Below, piece after piece: positions 39,670 to 48,895 of a stretch of 62,328 bases of DNA. The DNA is from a virus (lineage: Duplodnaviria > Caudoviricetes). Below the pieces are notes generated by a model. The model had not been told where the DNA came from. It saw only the letters and a list, made by a program, of their open reading frames with translations, and did not search any database. Every line of letters begins with the position of its first letter. The first letter of the stretch is position 1. The translations under genes were made by a program, and so were the position numbers. The DNA is taken from the IMG/VR virus record IMGVR_UViG_3300016478_000054, positions 1 to 62,328 of that record. One strand, written 5' to 3'.

Positions 39670-40180
39670 ATTTTGCGGTGATGATTTCTAGAAGATTATA
39701 CATGAAAAACATGGAATACCTATACGAGAATGGACAAGTTTTTTCCGAGTTTCCAGCGACATTCAAGATTGGTTTATTATAACCGAATGAGTCCAGCATG
39801 TCAATAGCTTTTTTCAAATCTGGTTGCAAAGTCCAATCAAGAAGGTCACATTTAGGATTATAGCACACTAAAACATATGGTTTCTTCAATTCCTTCAGAT
39901 GCCTGACAGCAAGTCTAGTTCCCGGAGAATACATATCAGAAACAATAATGATTGTACAATCCGATTCTTCGATATTCAATTTTGTTCGATCTTTATACCC
40001 GAATGTAGTCTCAACTAGACCATATTTTTCTCCTAGAAATGGTGCTTCTCCAGCAGTTGTAATGAACCTATATGGTGCAAATCCACCAGTAGGAATATCA
40101 AACATCTTGGCAGATTCTAGGCCAGCCTGATCTGCTCCAGTCTGACCGCCAGAAATAATTTTTTCTGGAATTGTGTGCAT
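39662..40180 (-). CDS. SLOG-superfamily (MoCo-carrier/YpsA-like) protein
   Basis: KIISGGQTGADQAGL..TGG.AP..RT.LNI..SD.T..SPGT..LNVAGN. Confidence 0.8.
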   Translation of the reverse strand: MHTIPEKIISGGQTGADQAGLESAKMFDIPTGGFAPYRFITTAGEAPFLGEKYGLVETTFGYKDRTKLNIEESDCTIIIVSDMYSPGTRLAVRHLKELKKPYVLVCYNPKCDLLDWTLQPDLKKAIDMLDSFGYNKPILNVAGNSEKTCPFSYRYSMFFMYNLLEIITAKYV

Positions 40181-41892
40181 CAGTATTCCTCTATGATAGA
40201 AAAATCATTTACTTTCTTGATACGAATATTTCGATCAAAAACTTCCGGTAGGTTTTCACGATGAGAAATGACAATCATGTTAGTATCATCTTCCTCTGCT
40301 GCCATTATATCAAGAAAAGTAGCAATTCCTTCAGAGTCTAGAGATTTATCTAGAATCTCATCAAAAATCAAAATGTTGGTAGAAACAGAATTCTTAGCCA
40401 TAGCAACCTTTCTCCATGCGAAAAGAATGCTCATAGAAATCCGCATCTTCTCGCCTTCTGAGAATGAATTATAACTAAAAATGTCCCTATTCCTAGATTT
40501 AATCGTTTCGTTGAATGTTTCATCAAGTTCAAACTGAATAAACATATCAAACATTCCCAGATACTCATTAATATACTGATTAATAATTGGAATAAAGTTA
40601 GAGATAATCCTAGACTTGATTCCAGTATCCTTTAGCATATTAACTGCCATTGAATAGTATTCAAGATTTGTCTGAATACTAGATTTTTCTTCAGATTTAA
40701 AAAGAATACGCTCTATATTTTCCTTTAGCTGCTTCTTTAGCTCAGGCACCAAAGAATTTGTAGTTTCAGTTGATTCTTTTAATAGACCCTTTAGATTTTT
40801 ATTGTAAGAATCAATTTTAGTCTGAATAATCCTTCTTTCGGTATTCAGAGCAGATTGCTTCTTATAAATTTCATTTACCGATTCAATCTTTTTATTAAAC
40901 TTTTCTAAGATTTCATTAAAAGCATTTTTCTTTTCTGTCTTGGAACGAATATTACCGTTCTCAGAATCCATTACACTCTTCTTTAAAGATGAAGGAATGG
41001 TCTGAGTGCATTTTGGACACTCATCGGATTCAAGAAAAAATGCCATCGAATTCTTGGAATTTCTGATAGAGTGTTCTAGTTCAGAAATCTTAGAGACAAC
41101 AGATTCTTTTCCTGATAGAAGTTCATCCATCATCAGTTCAGGAACCTTTACTGCCTGTAGACTTTCTTCGATCTGAGTCATCTGTAGATCGAGCGTAGCA
41201 AGCTCAGACTCGATTTCTGCTATCTTACCCTTCCGAACTTCTTCCATCGCCTCCTGATCCGTCTGAGCAGCTTCTAGGGCGCGTTTATGTTCCTTATGTT
41301 GTTCCTTGGCTAGAGTGAGTTCATACTCAAGTGACTTGATAGATGCCTTCAGGTCAGTAACAGTTTTCTTGGCAATATCTTGCATTCCAGAGAAAACAGA
41401 AATATCAAGAATTTCCTCGATAATCTGTCTGCGATCAGGAGCCGATAGTTCCATAAAAGGAACATAGTTGGCCGAACCGATAACAACAATCTGCTTGAAT
41501 GTCTTATAGTTAAACCCTAGGATAGACTCAAGAAGAGCCTGATAATCTCTTGAGTTTGAATCTTCCTTGATTAGAACATCATTCTTCCAGATTTCAAATA
41601 CTGCTGGTTTCTGACCCCTAACAACTTTGTATGAATCTGTTCCGATAGAAAAAAACAAAGTAACAAGAAGTTCTTTGTTGTTGATCGAGTTAATAAGTTG
41701 ACCTAGCTTGATGTCACGATATGCCTTATTAAAAAGAGCATAGCAGATAACATCAAGAGCGAGTGAACTCTTACCAAATCCATTCTTACCAGAGATTGAA
41801 GTAGCCTTAAAGCCATCATATACAAACTCCGATTCAGCATTCCCGTATGATAGGAAGTTTTTAAACCTTGCTTTTAGAAATTTAACTTTCAA
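40180..41892 (-). CDS. 46: Recombination ATPase gp46 (Rad50/SbcC-like)
   Basis: KNFLSYGN, GKNGFGKS, CPKC hook, FSEGEK, ILIFDE, ISH. Confidence 0.95.
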   Translation of the reverse strand: MKVKFLKARFKNFLSYGNAESEFVYDGFKATSISGKNGFGKSSLALDVICYALFNKAYRDIKLGQLINSINNKELLVTLFFSIGTDSYKVVRGQKPAVFEIWKNDVLIKEDSNSRDYQALLESILGFNYKTFKQIVVIGSANYVPFMELSAPDRRQIIEEILDISVFSGMQDIAKKTVTDLKASIKSLEYELTLAKEQHKEHKRALEAAQTDQEAMEEVRKGKIAEIESELATLDLQMTQIEESLQAVKVPELMMDELLSGKESVVSKISELEHSIRNSKNSMAFFLESDECPKCTQTIPSSLKKSVMDSENGNIRSKTEKKNAFNEILEKFNKKIESVNEIYKKQSALNTERRIIQTKIDSYNKNLKGLLKESTETTNSLVPELKKQLKENIERILFKSEEKSSIQTNLEYYSMAVNMLKDTGIKSRIISNFIPIINQYINEYLGMFDMFIQFELDETFNETIKSRNRDIFSYNSFSEGEKMRISMSILFAWRKVAMAKNSVSTNILIFDEILDKSLDSEGIATFLDIMAAEEDDTNMIVISHRENLPEVFDRNIRIKKVNDFSIIEEY

Positions 41893-42929
41893 TTTTTAAT
41901 GGCCTCTCGATATAGTTCAGTCATGATATCAGTCAGAATATTCTTATCCAGATCAATTGAAGAATTTTCAATATATTCTTTTAGGACAATTTCAGTGTTC
42001 TTGATATCATGAATGATTGTATGTTCGGATAGTTCTTCATCAAAAGATTCTTTGATTTTTACATCAAGTGGATTCATTAGCTGAATCGAATCTAGATATG
42101 CATTGAACTTTTTCTTGTCCTCACGCTCCTTCATGATGATATGAAGGTACTTACCTTCCACCTCAGAGCGATCTGGAACGACACCATTATACACGATTTT
42201 GTTGTAGATGGTATGTTCATTCTTGATAAAAACTACTTTACCTTTAACAAAAACCCAAAATCCCTTGTCATCATTATAATCCATCCATGTGATCTGATAT
42301 GGAGTTCCGACATACAGAACATTATCCTTCCTAGATTTATGGTGATAATGCCCAGAGATTACCAGATCAAACTTTGCGTACTCTGTGTGGTCATATCGAG
42401 TCTTGATAGACTGTCCTTTCTGCATCTCAAATCCATTAAACTCAAAATGACCAACACAATACTTGGCATCTGTTTTCTGGATCATATCAGAAATCTGTTT
42501 TTCATTTTCCTTGCAGACCCAAGGACAGACAAAAAACTTTTCACCAAGGATATCTAATTCAACTGGTTCGTCAATAATAGTCAGAATATCAGGATTAAGT
42601 AGCTGATAGTCGGTCAGAATTTCCCGGATAGAATTAATCTTGACAGACTCACGATAATATATGTCATGATTCCCTACCAGAACATATAGCTGGATTCCTC
42701 GTTTGGTAACTTCATCTAGGAACATAGTCCTAAATTGGTTGATTGCCCATACATTGATATTCTTTCTAACATCAAACAGATCACCAGTTTGAACAACTGC
42801 CTTGATTTTATGTTTATCAATAAAGGCAAAGAAATCTTTAAAAAACTTTGCCATATATGCATGATGATCTACATTTGAATTCCTAAGAGCAAAATGGGTA
42901 TCCCCCAGAAAAATAATATCATTCCTCAT
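41889..42929 (-). CDS. 47: Recombination nuclease gp47 (Mre11/SbcD-like)
   Basis: GDTHF, GDLFD.RK, GNHD, GHFE, SGHYH, GTPY. Confidence 0.95.
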   Translation of the reverse strand: MRNDIIFLGDTHFALRNSNVDHHAYMAKFFKDFFAFIDKHKIKAVVQTGDLFDVRKNINVWAINQFRTMFLDEVTKRGIQLYVLVGNHDIYYRESVKINSIREILTDYQLLNPDILTIIDEPVELDILGEKFFVCPWVCKENEKQISDMIQKTDAKYCVGHFEFNGFEMQKGQSIKTRYDHTEYAKFDLVISGHYHHKSRKDNVLYVGTPYQITWMDYNDDKGFWVFVKGKVVFIKNEHTIYNKIVYNGVVPDRSEVEGKYLHIIMKEREDKKKFNAYLDSIQLMNPLDVKIKESFDEELSEHTIIHDIKNTEIVLKEYIENSSIDLDKNILTDIMTELYREAIKN

Positions 42930-43470
42930 CAGTTTCATCATCCTTCATTAAGTCATCGAGTGGGCCAATCTCTTGTTTTTTCTTGAGTTTGTCCCGTTTT
43001 TCCTTGTCTTTCTTCTCAAATTCTGCTACATCAAAATAAGGAATAAATTCTGATGTAATGTCATGCTCATCATCTTCCATTTCTTCATAAAGGGAACCGT
43101 TTTCCTCTATGGCGTTGTAGAAAGACTTAGCCTTGACATATGCTTCCTTCTTCTCATAGTCAATGTAAGAAATAAAGTCATACCAACAAACCTGAGAGAA
43201 GTAAGCAAAGGCGTTCTGAGTCACATTGGGGTTGAAGTGACAGATTTTAGCACAACAAGTCACCATAGCTTCAGAGATCATCTCTTCTTTGTAGGTATAG
43301 TTGTAGAAGTTTGGACGGTTTGCTAGGCGTCTAGCAATCAGCATGATACACTCTGCGACATACCTAGGCATCTGAGGTCGTTCCCTTCCTTCAGCTTCTG
43401 CTAGGAAGCAGGCTTCTCTATGTTTTACTACCGCATCTGTAAACATCTTGTTGTCGATATAATCTGCCAT
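42919..43470 (-). CDS. 55: Late sigma factor gp55
   Basis: YIDNK.F..Y.AEC...IA..L..RPNF.NYTY.EEMI..NAFAYF.Q. Confidence 0.95.
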   Translation of the reverse strand: MADYIDNKMFTDAVVKHREACFLAEAEGRERPQMPRYVAECIMLIARRLANRPNFYNYTYKEEMISEAMVTCCAKICHFNPNVTQNAFAYFSQVCWYDFISYIDYEKKEAYVKAKSFYNAIEENGSLYEEMEDDEHDITSEFIPYFDVAEFEKKDKEKRDKLKKKQEIGPLDDLMKDDETDEE

Positions 43471-43598
43471 ATTTGATTTCTAAAATAATTAAACATGGAT
43501 ATCATTATACCATAAAATAATATATCAGACAAGATACAGTAGAGTCAAATATTTCTTTCTTGCTTGTTGTATAAAAACAACATTAGGGTAAACCCCTA

Positions 43599-43626
43599 TT
43601 GACAACCATAAAAACGGTGGTATAAT
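43599..43626 (+). promoter_or_regulatory. Near-consensus sigma70 promoter
   Basis: TTGACA-16 nt-TATAAT with TGG extension. Confidence 0.7.
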
Positions 43627-43654
43627 AAGACCTATAGGGGCTTTTGGTGGTAAA

Positions 43655-43780
43655 TGAGTAAACTTTAAAAATATACTATAAAATATATTATAAAACTCTT
43701 TATAGTATTTTAATAGTATATATTGTTTATATAAATATTTTATTATACTGTTTAATGATAAATATATTATATCTATCAAA
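43655..43780. other. Very AT-rich non-coding tract (origin/DUE candidate)
   Basis: Almost only A/T, with an ATACTATAAA/TTTATAGTAT inverted repeat; lies at a strand switch. Confidence 0.4.
43757..43764 (+). promoter_or_regulatory. Late promoter for endolysin
   Basis: GATAAATA 25 nt before the ATG. Confidence 0.6.
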
Positions 43781-43789
43781 GGAGTATAA

Positions 43790-44236
43790 ATGAATATATC
43801 TATTAATGGTTTAAACCTAATAACTACATATGAAGGATTTTCACCTAAACCATATCTAGATGTAGTTAAAGTACCATCTATAGGTTATGGTACTACTAAA
43901 TATAAAAATGGTAACTCTGTTAAGATGACAGATCAACCTATCACTAAAGAAAATGCTCTAGATGAATTAAAGTTTCATGTAGAAGAAATGTGCATTCCTT
44001 TTATTAAAAAATATGTTACTGTTGACTTAAACCAAAATCAAATAGATGCTTTATGTTCATTCATCTATAATGTTGGTTCAGGTAATTTTATTAAGTCTAC
44101 ATTACTTAAAAAGATTAATCAAAAAGATTTTACTGGTGCCGCCGAAGAATTTCTAAAATGGAATAAAGCAGGCGGGAAAGTATATGATGGTCTAACAAAA
44201 AGAAGAAATTCTGAAAAAACTTTATTTCTAAAGTGA
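43790..44236 (+). CDS. Endolysin, GH24 lysozyme
   Basis: EGF...PY.D....SIGYG (E-8-D-5-S/T), LNQNQ.DAL.SF.YNVG, GL..RR..E. Confidence 0.92.
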   Translation: MNISINGLNLITTYEGFSPKPYLDVVKVPSIGYGTTKYKNGNSVKMTDQPITKENALDELKFHVEEMCIPFIKKYVTVDLNQNQIDALCSFIYNVGSGNFIKSTLLKKINQKDFTGAAEEFLKWNKAGGKVYDGLTKRRNSEKTLFLK

Positions 44237-44280
44237 TTTTTGTGGTATAATACTCAAATAAACTACATAAAGGGTATTAT

Positions 44281-44889
44281 ATGGCAAGAAAAGGAATGCT
44301 AACTAAAATCAATGATCATTTTTTTCCAGACAATCAAGATATTGACCAAGCATATGTATATCTTCGTGGTCCAATCACCATCGAAACTTGTTCGGAAGTA
44401 ATTGAAACCATCTTGGCTATCAATGTTCCAGAAACAGATGTTGATGAAGATGGAAATGAATTTGATGTTGATAAGCCAGATGTTATCAATCTATTAATTA
44501 CTTCAGTTGGTGGCGATATGAATGCAGCATTCGCCTTGATTGCTGTCATGAAGGGTTCTACCGTTCCTATTAGGACTATTGTAGTAGGAGAAGCATCTTC
44601 TGCTGCATTCTGTATTTTTATGGCTGGTGATCAACGTGTAATCACACCATATGCATCACTGATGTCACATTCGTTTTCAACATCTGTTGAGGGTCATTAT
44701 CATGACCTTAAAAATGCTATGATTGAAATGAATTCTTATAATAGTAAGATGATTGAACTATACCATGAGCTAACTGGTCTTGACCGTAAAATCATCAAGA
44801 ATAAATTCCTTTCACATACAGATGCATATATTCCACATGAGGATGCTATCAAATATAATATGGCCGACCTATTATCTGATCTGAAATAA
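44281..44889 (+). CDS. ClpP-like serine protease
   Basis: I.S.GG, GEASSAA (catalytic Ser), LMSHS, D.Y...DA..Y..AD. Confidence 0.8.
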   Translation: MARKGMLTKINDHFFPDNQDIDQAYVYLRGPITIETCSEVIETILAINVPETDVDEDGNEFDVDKPDVINLLITSVGGDMNAAFALIAVMKGSTVPIRTIVVGEASSAAFCIFMAGDQRVITPYASLMSHSFSTSVEGHYHDLKNAMIEMNSYNSKMIELYHELTGLDRKIIKNKFLSHTDAYIPHEDAIKYNMADLLSDLK

Positions 44890-45074
44890 TGTGGTATAAT
44901 GCTTCTGCATTCCTAAAAGAAGATGAAGATGGGCAGACCAGATCATATCTGGAAATTCCACTTCACTTCTTGGAAAAAGTCAATATCAAAAATGGTTCGT
45001 TAATTAAATTGATGATTGATTCCGAATCAAATTCTATTATCATCAAATCTATTGAAAGTGAAAAAAATGAGTGA
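44889..45074 (+). CDS. AbrB/MazE-like small DNA-binding protein
   Basis: LEIP..FLE...IK.G..I.L.....IIIK pattern. Confidence 0.45.
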   Translation: MWYNASAFLKEDEDGQTRSYLEIPLHFLEKVNIKNGSLIKLMIDSESNSIIIKSIESEKNE

Positions 45075-45369
45075 AGATATTTTCCTACTAAAGCTGGTTA
45101 CTGGCGAAGAAATTATTGGTAAGACTGAAGAATCAGAGACTATGTTCTTTGTCAAGAAACCAATTCAAATTTTTCAATTTCCAGATAAAGAATCTGGTAA
45201 GATGAAGATGGGTATTGGGGATTTTATGCCTCATGTTGAGAATACTAATGTTATGATTCTCAAGACTGCTATTGCCGTTATTGCCGTTCCGCGAGAAGAA
45301 ATGATTCAGCAATATAGGGAAATTACATCAGATATTATTCTACCAGACAGCAAGATTCAGCTAGTTTAA
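45067..45369 (+). CDS. Conserved T4-like Sm-fold protein
   Basis: LLKLVTGEEIIG..KP..P..I..AI..P...M.QQY..S.IILP. Confidence 0.6.
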   Translation: MSEDIFLLKLVTGEEIIGKTEESETMFFVKKPIQIFQFPDKESGKMKMGIGDFMPHVENTNVMILKTAIAVIAVPREEMIQQYREITSDIILPDSKIQLV

Positions 45370-45388
45370 ATTTATTATTGGAGTAACT

Positions 45389-47038
45389 ATGCATTGTGCG
45401 AATTGTGGTTCATCTCATATAATTTCCAAGGGGGTTGCTCCAATTTTAAATGATCCTACAAGGCGTAGATATGTCTGTCGATCATGCTCTACTAATTTCT
45501 ATGTAAGTTCTCAGACTATTATTACTCAAGAAATTCAGCAACCAGAGCTACCATATTATCTACTTGATGATGAAGAACCGAATCTAGAAATTGAAGAAAC
45601 TGAATATCCAGACGAGGATTCGATTGATCATGAAGATTTCCCGGAGTCGTTTATTCGATCAAATGAATATATCGAATCAATCAAATCGAAGAAGCGAATT
45701 GTAGTAACAACTGCTCAGAATAACTCGGAAGTTGATCAAGATTTCTTGGATACTCTGATTAACTATTGTTCGATTAAAGATGCTGCTTTGGTTATTATTC
45801 CGATTCGGTATAAAAAGAATTCGGACGATGTGTTCTCATATCAGAAGTCTGTTATTCCTTATCTAGTTGATAACAAGATTGTATTTGAGAATAATAAACT
45901 TTGTATCTGCGCTGATCTAAAACTTCTTTCGACTGCTGTCAATCCTCTTTCTGGTCTAGATGCATTCTCTAAGGGAAATTCTTTGATTATTGGTCATGCT
46001 CAGGTTCAGCTAAGGACTCTACCAAGAGGAACTGATAGGAAGTATCCACCAATTATTACGACAACTGGTGCTGTAACAAAGAAAAACTATTCAAATACCA
46101 AGGCTGGACTTCAGGCAGAATTTAATCATTCAATGTCTGCTGTATTGGTTGAGTTATGTGATGATTCTGAAGTTTTTATTAGACACTTGAATTATGATGA
46201 AGTAAATAAAGGATTTTATGATCTGAATAATTGGTATAATAAGACTGATTCAATTAAGATTAAGCAGGTTGATGCTCTAATTACTGGCGATTCTCATGTT
46301 AGGTATCATGATAAGGAAGTGTTTGAAGCTACATATGGTTCTGGTGGATTGATGGAAACTCTATTCCCTAAGAATTGGCTCATCCACGATGCCCTGGATT
46401 TCAACAGCAAATCACATCACTCTATCAAGAATCCATTTTCTAACTATCTGAAAAGACAGTTTAATACCGATTCTGTTATTGACGAACTTGAAGAAGTATG
46501 TTGTTTTATTACCAATAATGTCCCAAATGGAACAAAAGCAGTGATAGTTGGTTCCAATCATGATATTCATCTTGATAAATGGTTAAGGGAAACTGATATT
46601 CGCACTGATCCAACTAATGCAAAAATATTTCATTATCTATGGTATATCATGTGTGAGTATATGGATCAATATGGCGTAATTCCTACAGCATTACAGGCTT
46701 TCTTTGAAAACAAGAAATGTGAAAGGAATTATGTTAAATTTCTAGATGAGTCAGATTCATTTAAAATTCATGGAATTGAATTGGCTATTCATGGTGCTAA
46801 TGGAATTTCTGGATCAAGGGGATCGATTAATCAGTATTCAAGACTTCCTGATAAGACGGTAACAGGACATTCTCATCAACCTTCTATTCAAAAAGGAGCC
46901 TATTCAGTAGGAACAAGTTCTATTTTTGATATGGATTATGTGAAGTCTGCATCTGCTTGGGATCATGCTCATTGTATTATACATCCTAATGGAAAAAGGC
47001 AATTAGTCTTTATTAGGAACGGAAAATTTAGAATGTGA
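45389..47038 (+). CDS. T5 A1-like metallophosphoesterase/nuclease with N-terminal Zn ribbon
   Basis: CANC..CRSC; TTAQNN, TTGAVT..NY, GDSH, HD..D, SNHD, HG..G, GHSH, W.H. Confidence 0.75.
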   Translation: MHCANCGSSHIISKGVAPILNDPTRRRYVCRSCSTNFYVSSQTIITQEIQQPELPYYLLDDEEPNLEIEETEYPDEDSIDHEDFPESFIRSNEYIESIKSKKRIVVTTAQNNSEVDQDFLDTLINYCSIKDAALVIIPIRYKKNSDDVFSYQKSVIPYLVDNKIVFENNKLCICADLKLLSTAVNPLSGLDAFSKGNSLIIGHAQVQLRTLPRGTDRKYPPIITTTGAVTKKNYSNTKAGLQAEFNHSMSAVLVELCDDSEVFIRHLNYDEVNKGFYDLNNWYNKTDSIKIKQVDALITGDSHVRYHDKEVFEATYGSGGLMETLFPKNWLIHDALDFNSKSHHSIKNPFSNYLKRQFNTDSVIDELEEVCCFITNNVPNGTKAVIVGSNHDIHLDKWLRETDIRTDPTNAKIFHYLWYIMCEYMDQYGVIPTALQAFFENKKCERNYVKFLDESDSFKIHGIELAIHGANGISGSRGSINQYSRLPDKTVTGHSHQPSIQKGAYSVGTSSIFDMDYVKSASAWDHAHCIIHPNGKRQLVFIRNGKFRM

Positions 47039-47070
47039 AAAATGGAGCCTATATGGCTCCTTTTTGTTTT
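47039..47070 (+). terminator. Rho-independent terminator
   Basis: GGAGCC-tatat-GGCTCC followed by TTTTTGTTTT. Confidence 0.85.
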
Positions 47071-47080
47071 GTGTGTATTT

Positions 47081-47088
47081 GATAAATA
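47081..47088 (+). promoter_or_regulatory. Late promoter
   Basis: GATAAATA directly after the terminator, 28 nt before the ATG. Confidence 0.65.
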
Positions 47089-47116
47089 ATAGAGTTTAAT
47101 TTACACAAGAAATAAA

Positions 47117-48883
47117 ATGATTAAAGATATTCCACAATCCCTTATTGATGCTGTTAAAAAAGTTCTGTATGAATCAATCGAACATCCTATGATTGAAGTT
47201 GATGGTGTCATGAGACATAGAAATAATTCTCTAGGGCAACCAATTCATCATACAGATGAAGGCATCAGGAACTTTCATAGATGGTTTGGGGATTCGCAAG
47301 TTGTTGATGAGCATGGTAGACCACAAGTAGTATATCACGCAACTAAACATAAATTTGATTCTTTTGATTATGAGAAAATTGGAAATGGATACAATAGATT
47401 TGGTCCAGCTTTTTATTTTACGAATGATCCAAAAACTTTAGATATTTATAAAGGTGAAGGAGGAAATCTAATTCCTGCATATATTAGAGCAAGTAAAATT
47501 CAAAAAACGGATGCAATGTCTAAAGAGGATATTAATAATTTTTTTGATTCTTTGCAAGTTAAAAGGTTTAACAATGGATATGATGCTACAAACGATCATG
47601 AAAACATTAGAAACTCTGCATTGGAAGAACCGGATAGAGCATTTAGTAGGATAATATCTAACACTAACATTTATATTGATAAAAATGACTTTCTAAATGG
47701 ATTGCATAAAATTGGTGTTCATGCTACCATTCGTAATGTTTTTGGACATCCTGAATATGCGGTATACGATAATACTAACATAAAAGCCACAAACAACTCC
47801 GGTGCTTTCGCACATCCAACCAAGATAACAGAATCAATCGAACATCCTATGATTGAAGTTGATGGCGTAATGAAACATCGTCATAATAGCCTTGGACAAC
47901 CGATTCACCATACAGACGAAGGCATCAGGAATTTCCATCGTTGGTTTGGTGACAGTAAAGTTGTTGATGAGTATGGAAGACCAAAAGTAGTATATCACGG
48001 CACAACAAAAGATTTTGATAATTTTGACCCAAATTTAGCAAATAGCGAAGGTGGAGCGTTTTATTTTTCGCATTCATCTCAATTTAAAAATCCGGCAACA
48101 AATGCAAACACATACGCTAATACTAATCGTGGTAGTGAAGATGGGTCAGTGATGCCTGTATATATTAAAATGAGTAATCCATATATTACTGGATTTAATA
48201 AACCAATTCCAAAAGAAAATGATTCTTTGATGACTTCATGGTTTAATGAAATGGAAAAATTTAACAGAAAACTCGTCAAGAACAAAAATTCATATTATCG
48301 TCAAGAGATTCGAACAGCAAGAAGAAATGGACATGATGGCGTAATTATTAACAATGTCGAAGATGATAGACAAGAAGGTCTTCGCTGGACTGATCCAACA
48401 GACGTTCACGCGGCATTCAATCCATCTCAAATTAAATCTGCTATCGGTAATAATGGCAATTTCTCGCATCCAACAAAGATTACCGAATCAGAAGAAGATT
48501 ACAGAGGATCGCATACTGCTCCTAGTGCAGAATTTGGAGCGCCAGCACATGACCTAACAAGAGTATATCCACAAGATTTCTACTCAAGTCGTGGAAGTCA
48601 GTATTATGGTGACGGTAGACCTGAAGATAAGCGAATTCATACCCTTCTAGCTTCATTTAAAAATAAACCAGATGCCGATGTTATGATTTATAGAGCAGTT
48701 CCTAATGAATCATCAATCAAAGAAATAAATCCCGGAGATTGGGTAACTCCTAATCTACACTATGCAGTTGAACATGGTAATCGATTTGATTCTTCTAAAA
48801 TTCTTTCCAAGATGGTAAAGGCATCAGAGATTTATACAGACGGAAACTCTTTTCATGAATTCGGGTATCACCCAAACAAATAA
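47117..48883 (+). CDS. Three-module putative internal head polyprotein: two ART-PolyVal-like domains plus a third ART-like domain
   Basis: Two NFHRWFGDS.VVDE.GRP.VVYH(A/G)T..F..FD..FYF..PxY..N.G.F modules; third IYRAVP..GDWVT..YA..E.GY; HPTKITES linkers. Confidence 0.7.
   Translation: MIKDIPQSLIDAVKKVLYESIEHPMIEVDGVMRHRNNSLGQPIHHTDEGIRNFHRWFGDSQVVDEHGRPQVVYHATKHKFDSFDYEKIGNGYNRFGPAFYFTNDPKTLDIYKGEGGNLIPAYIRASKIQKTDAMSKEDINNFFDSLQVKRFNNGYDATNDHENIRNSALEEPDRAFSRIISNTNIYIDKNDFLNGLHKIGVHATIRNVFGHPEYAVYDNTNIKATNNSGAFAHPTKITESIEHPMIEVDGVMKHRHNSLGQPIHHTDEGIRNFHRWFGDSKVVDEYGRPKVVYHGTTKDFDNFDPNLANSEGGAFYFSHSSQFKNPATNANTYANTNRGSEDGSVMPVYIKMSNPYITGFNKPIPKENDSLMTSWFNEMEKFNRKLVKNKNSYYRQEIRTARRNGHDGVIINNVEDDRQEGLRWTDPTDVHAAFNPSQIKSAIGNNGNFSHPTKITESEEDYRGSHTAPSAEFGAPAHDLTRVYPQDFYSSRGSQYYGDGRPEDKRIHTLLASFKNKPDADVMIYRAVPNESSIKEINPGDWVTPNLHYAVEHGNRFDSSKILSKMVKASEIYTDGNSFHEFGYHPNK
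47171..48490 (+). repeat. Intragenic tandem duplication, ~660-nt units
   Basis: 35 identical nt at 47171 and 47831; conserved ends with divergent cores. Confidence 0.85.
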
Positions 48884-48895
48884 AGGAATTAAAAA

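Noticed and set aside
18007-43326. Plus-strand ORFs overlapping minus-strand early and replication genes
   Set aside because: Antisense to well-supported genes; only 36059 and 36826 have + strand support
43525-43779. 84-aa I/Y/K-rich minus-strand ORF as a holin
   Set aside because: Composition follows from the AT-only tract; no RBS, wrong strand relative to the lysin, no clear transmembrane pattern
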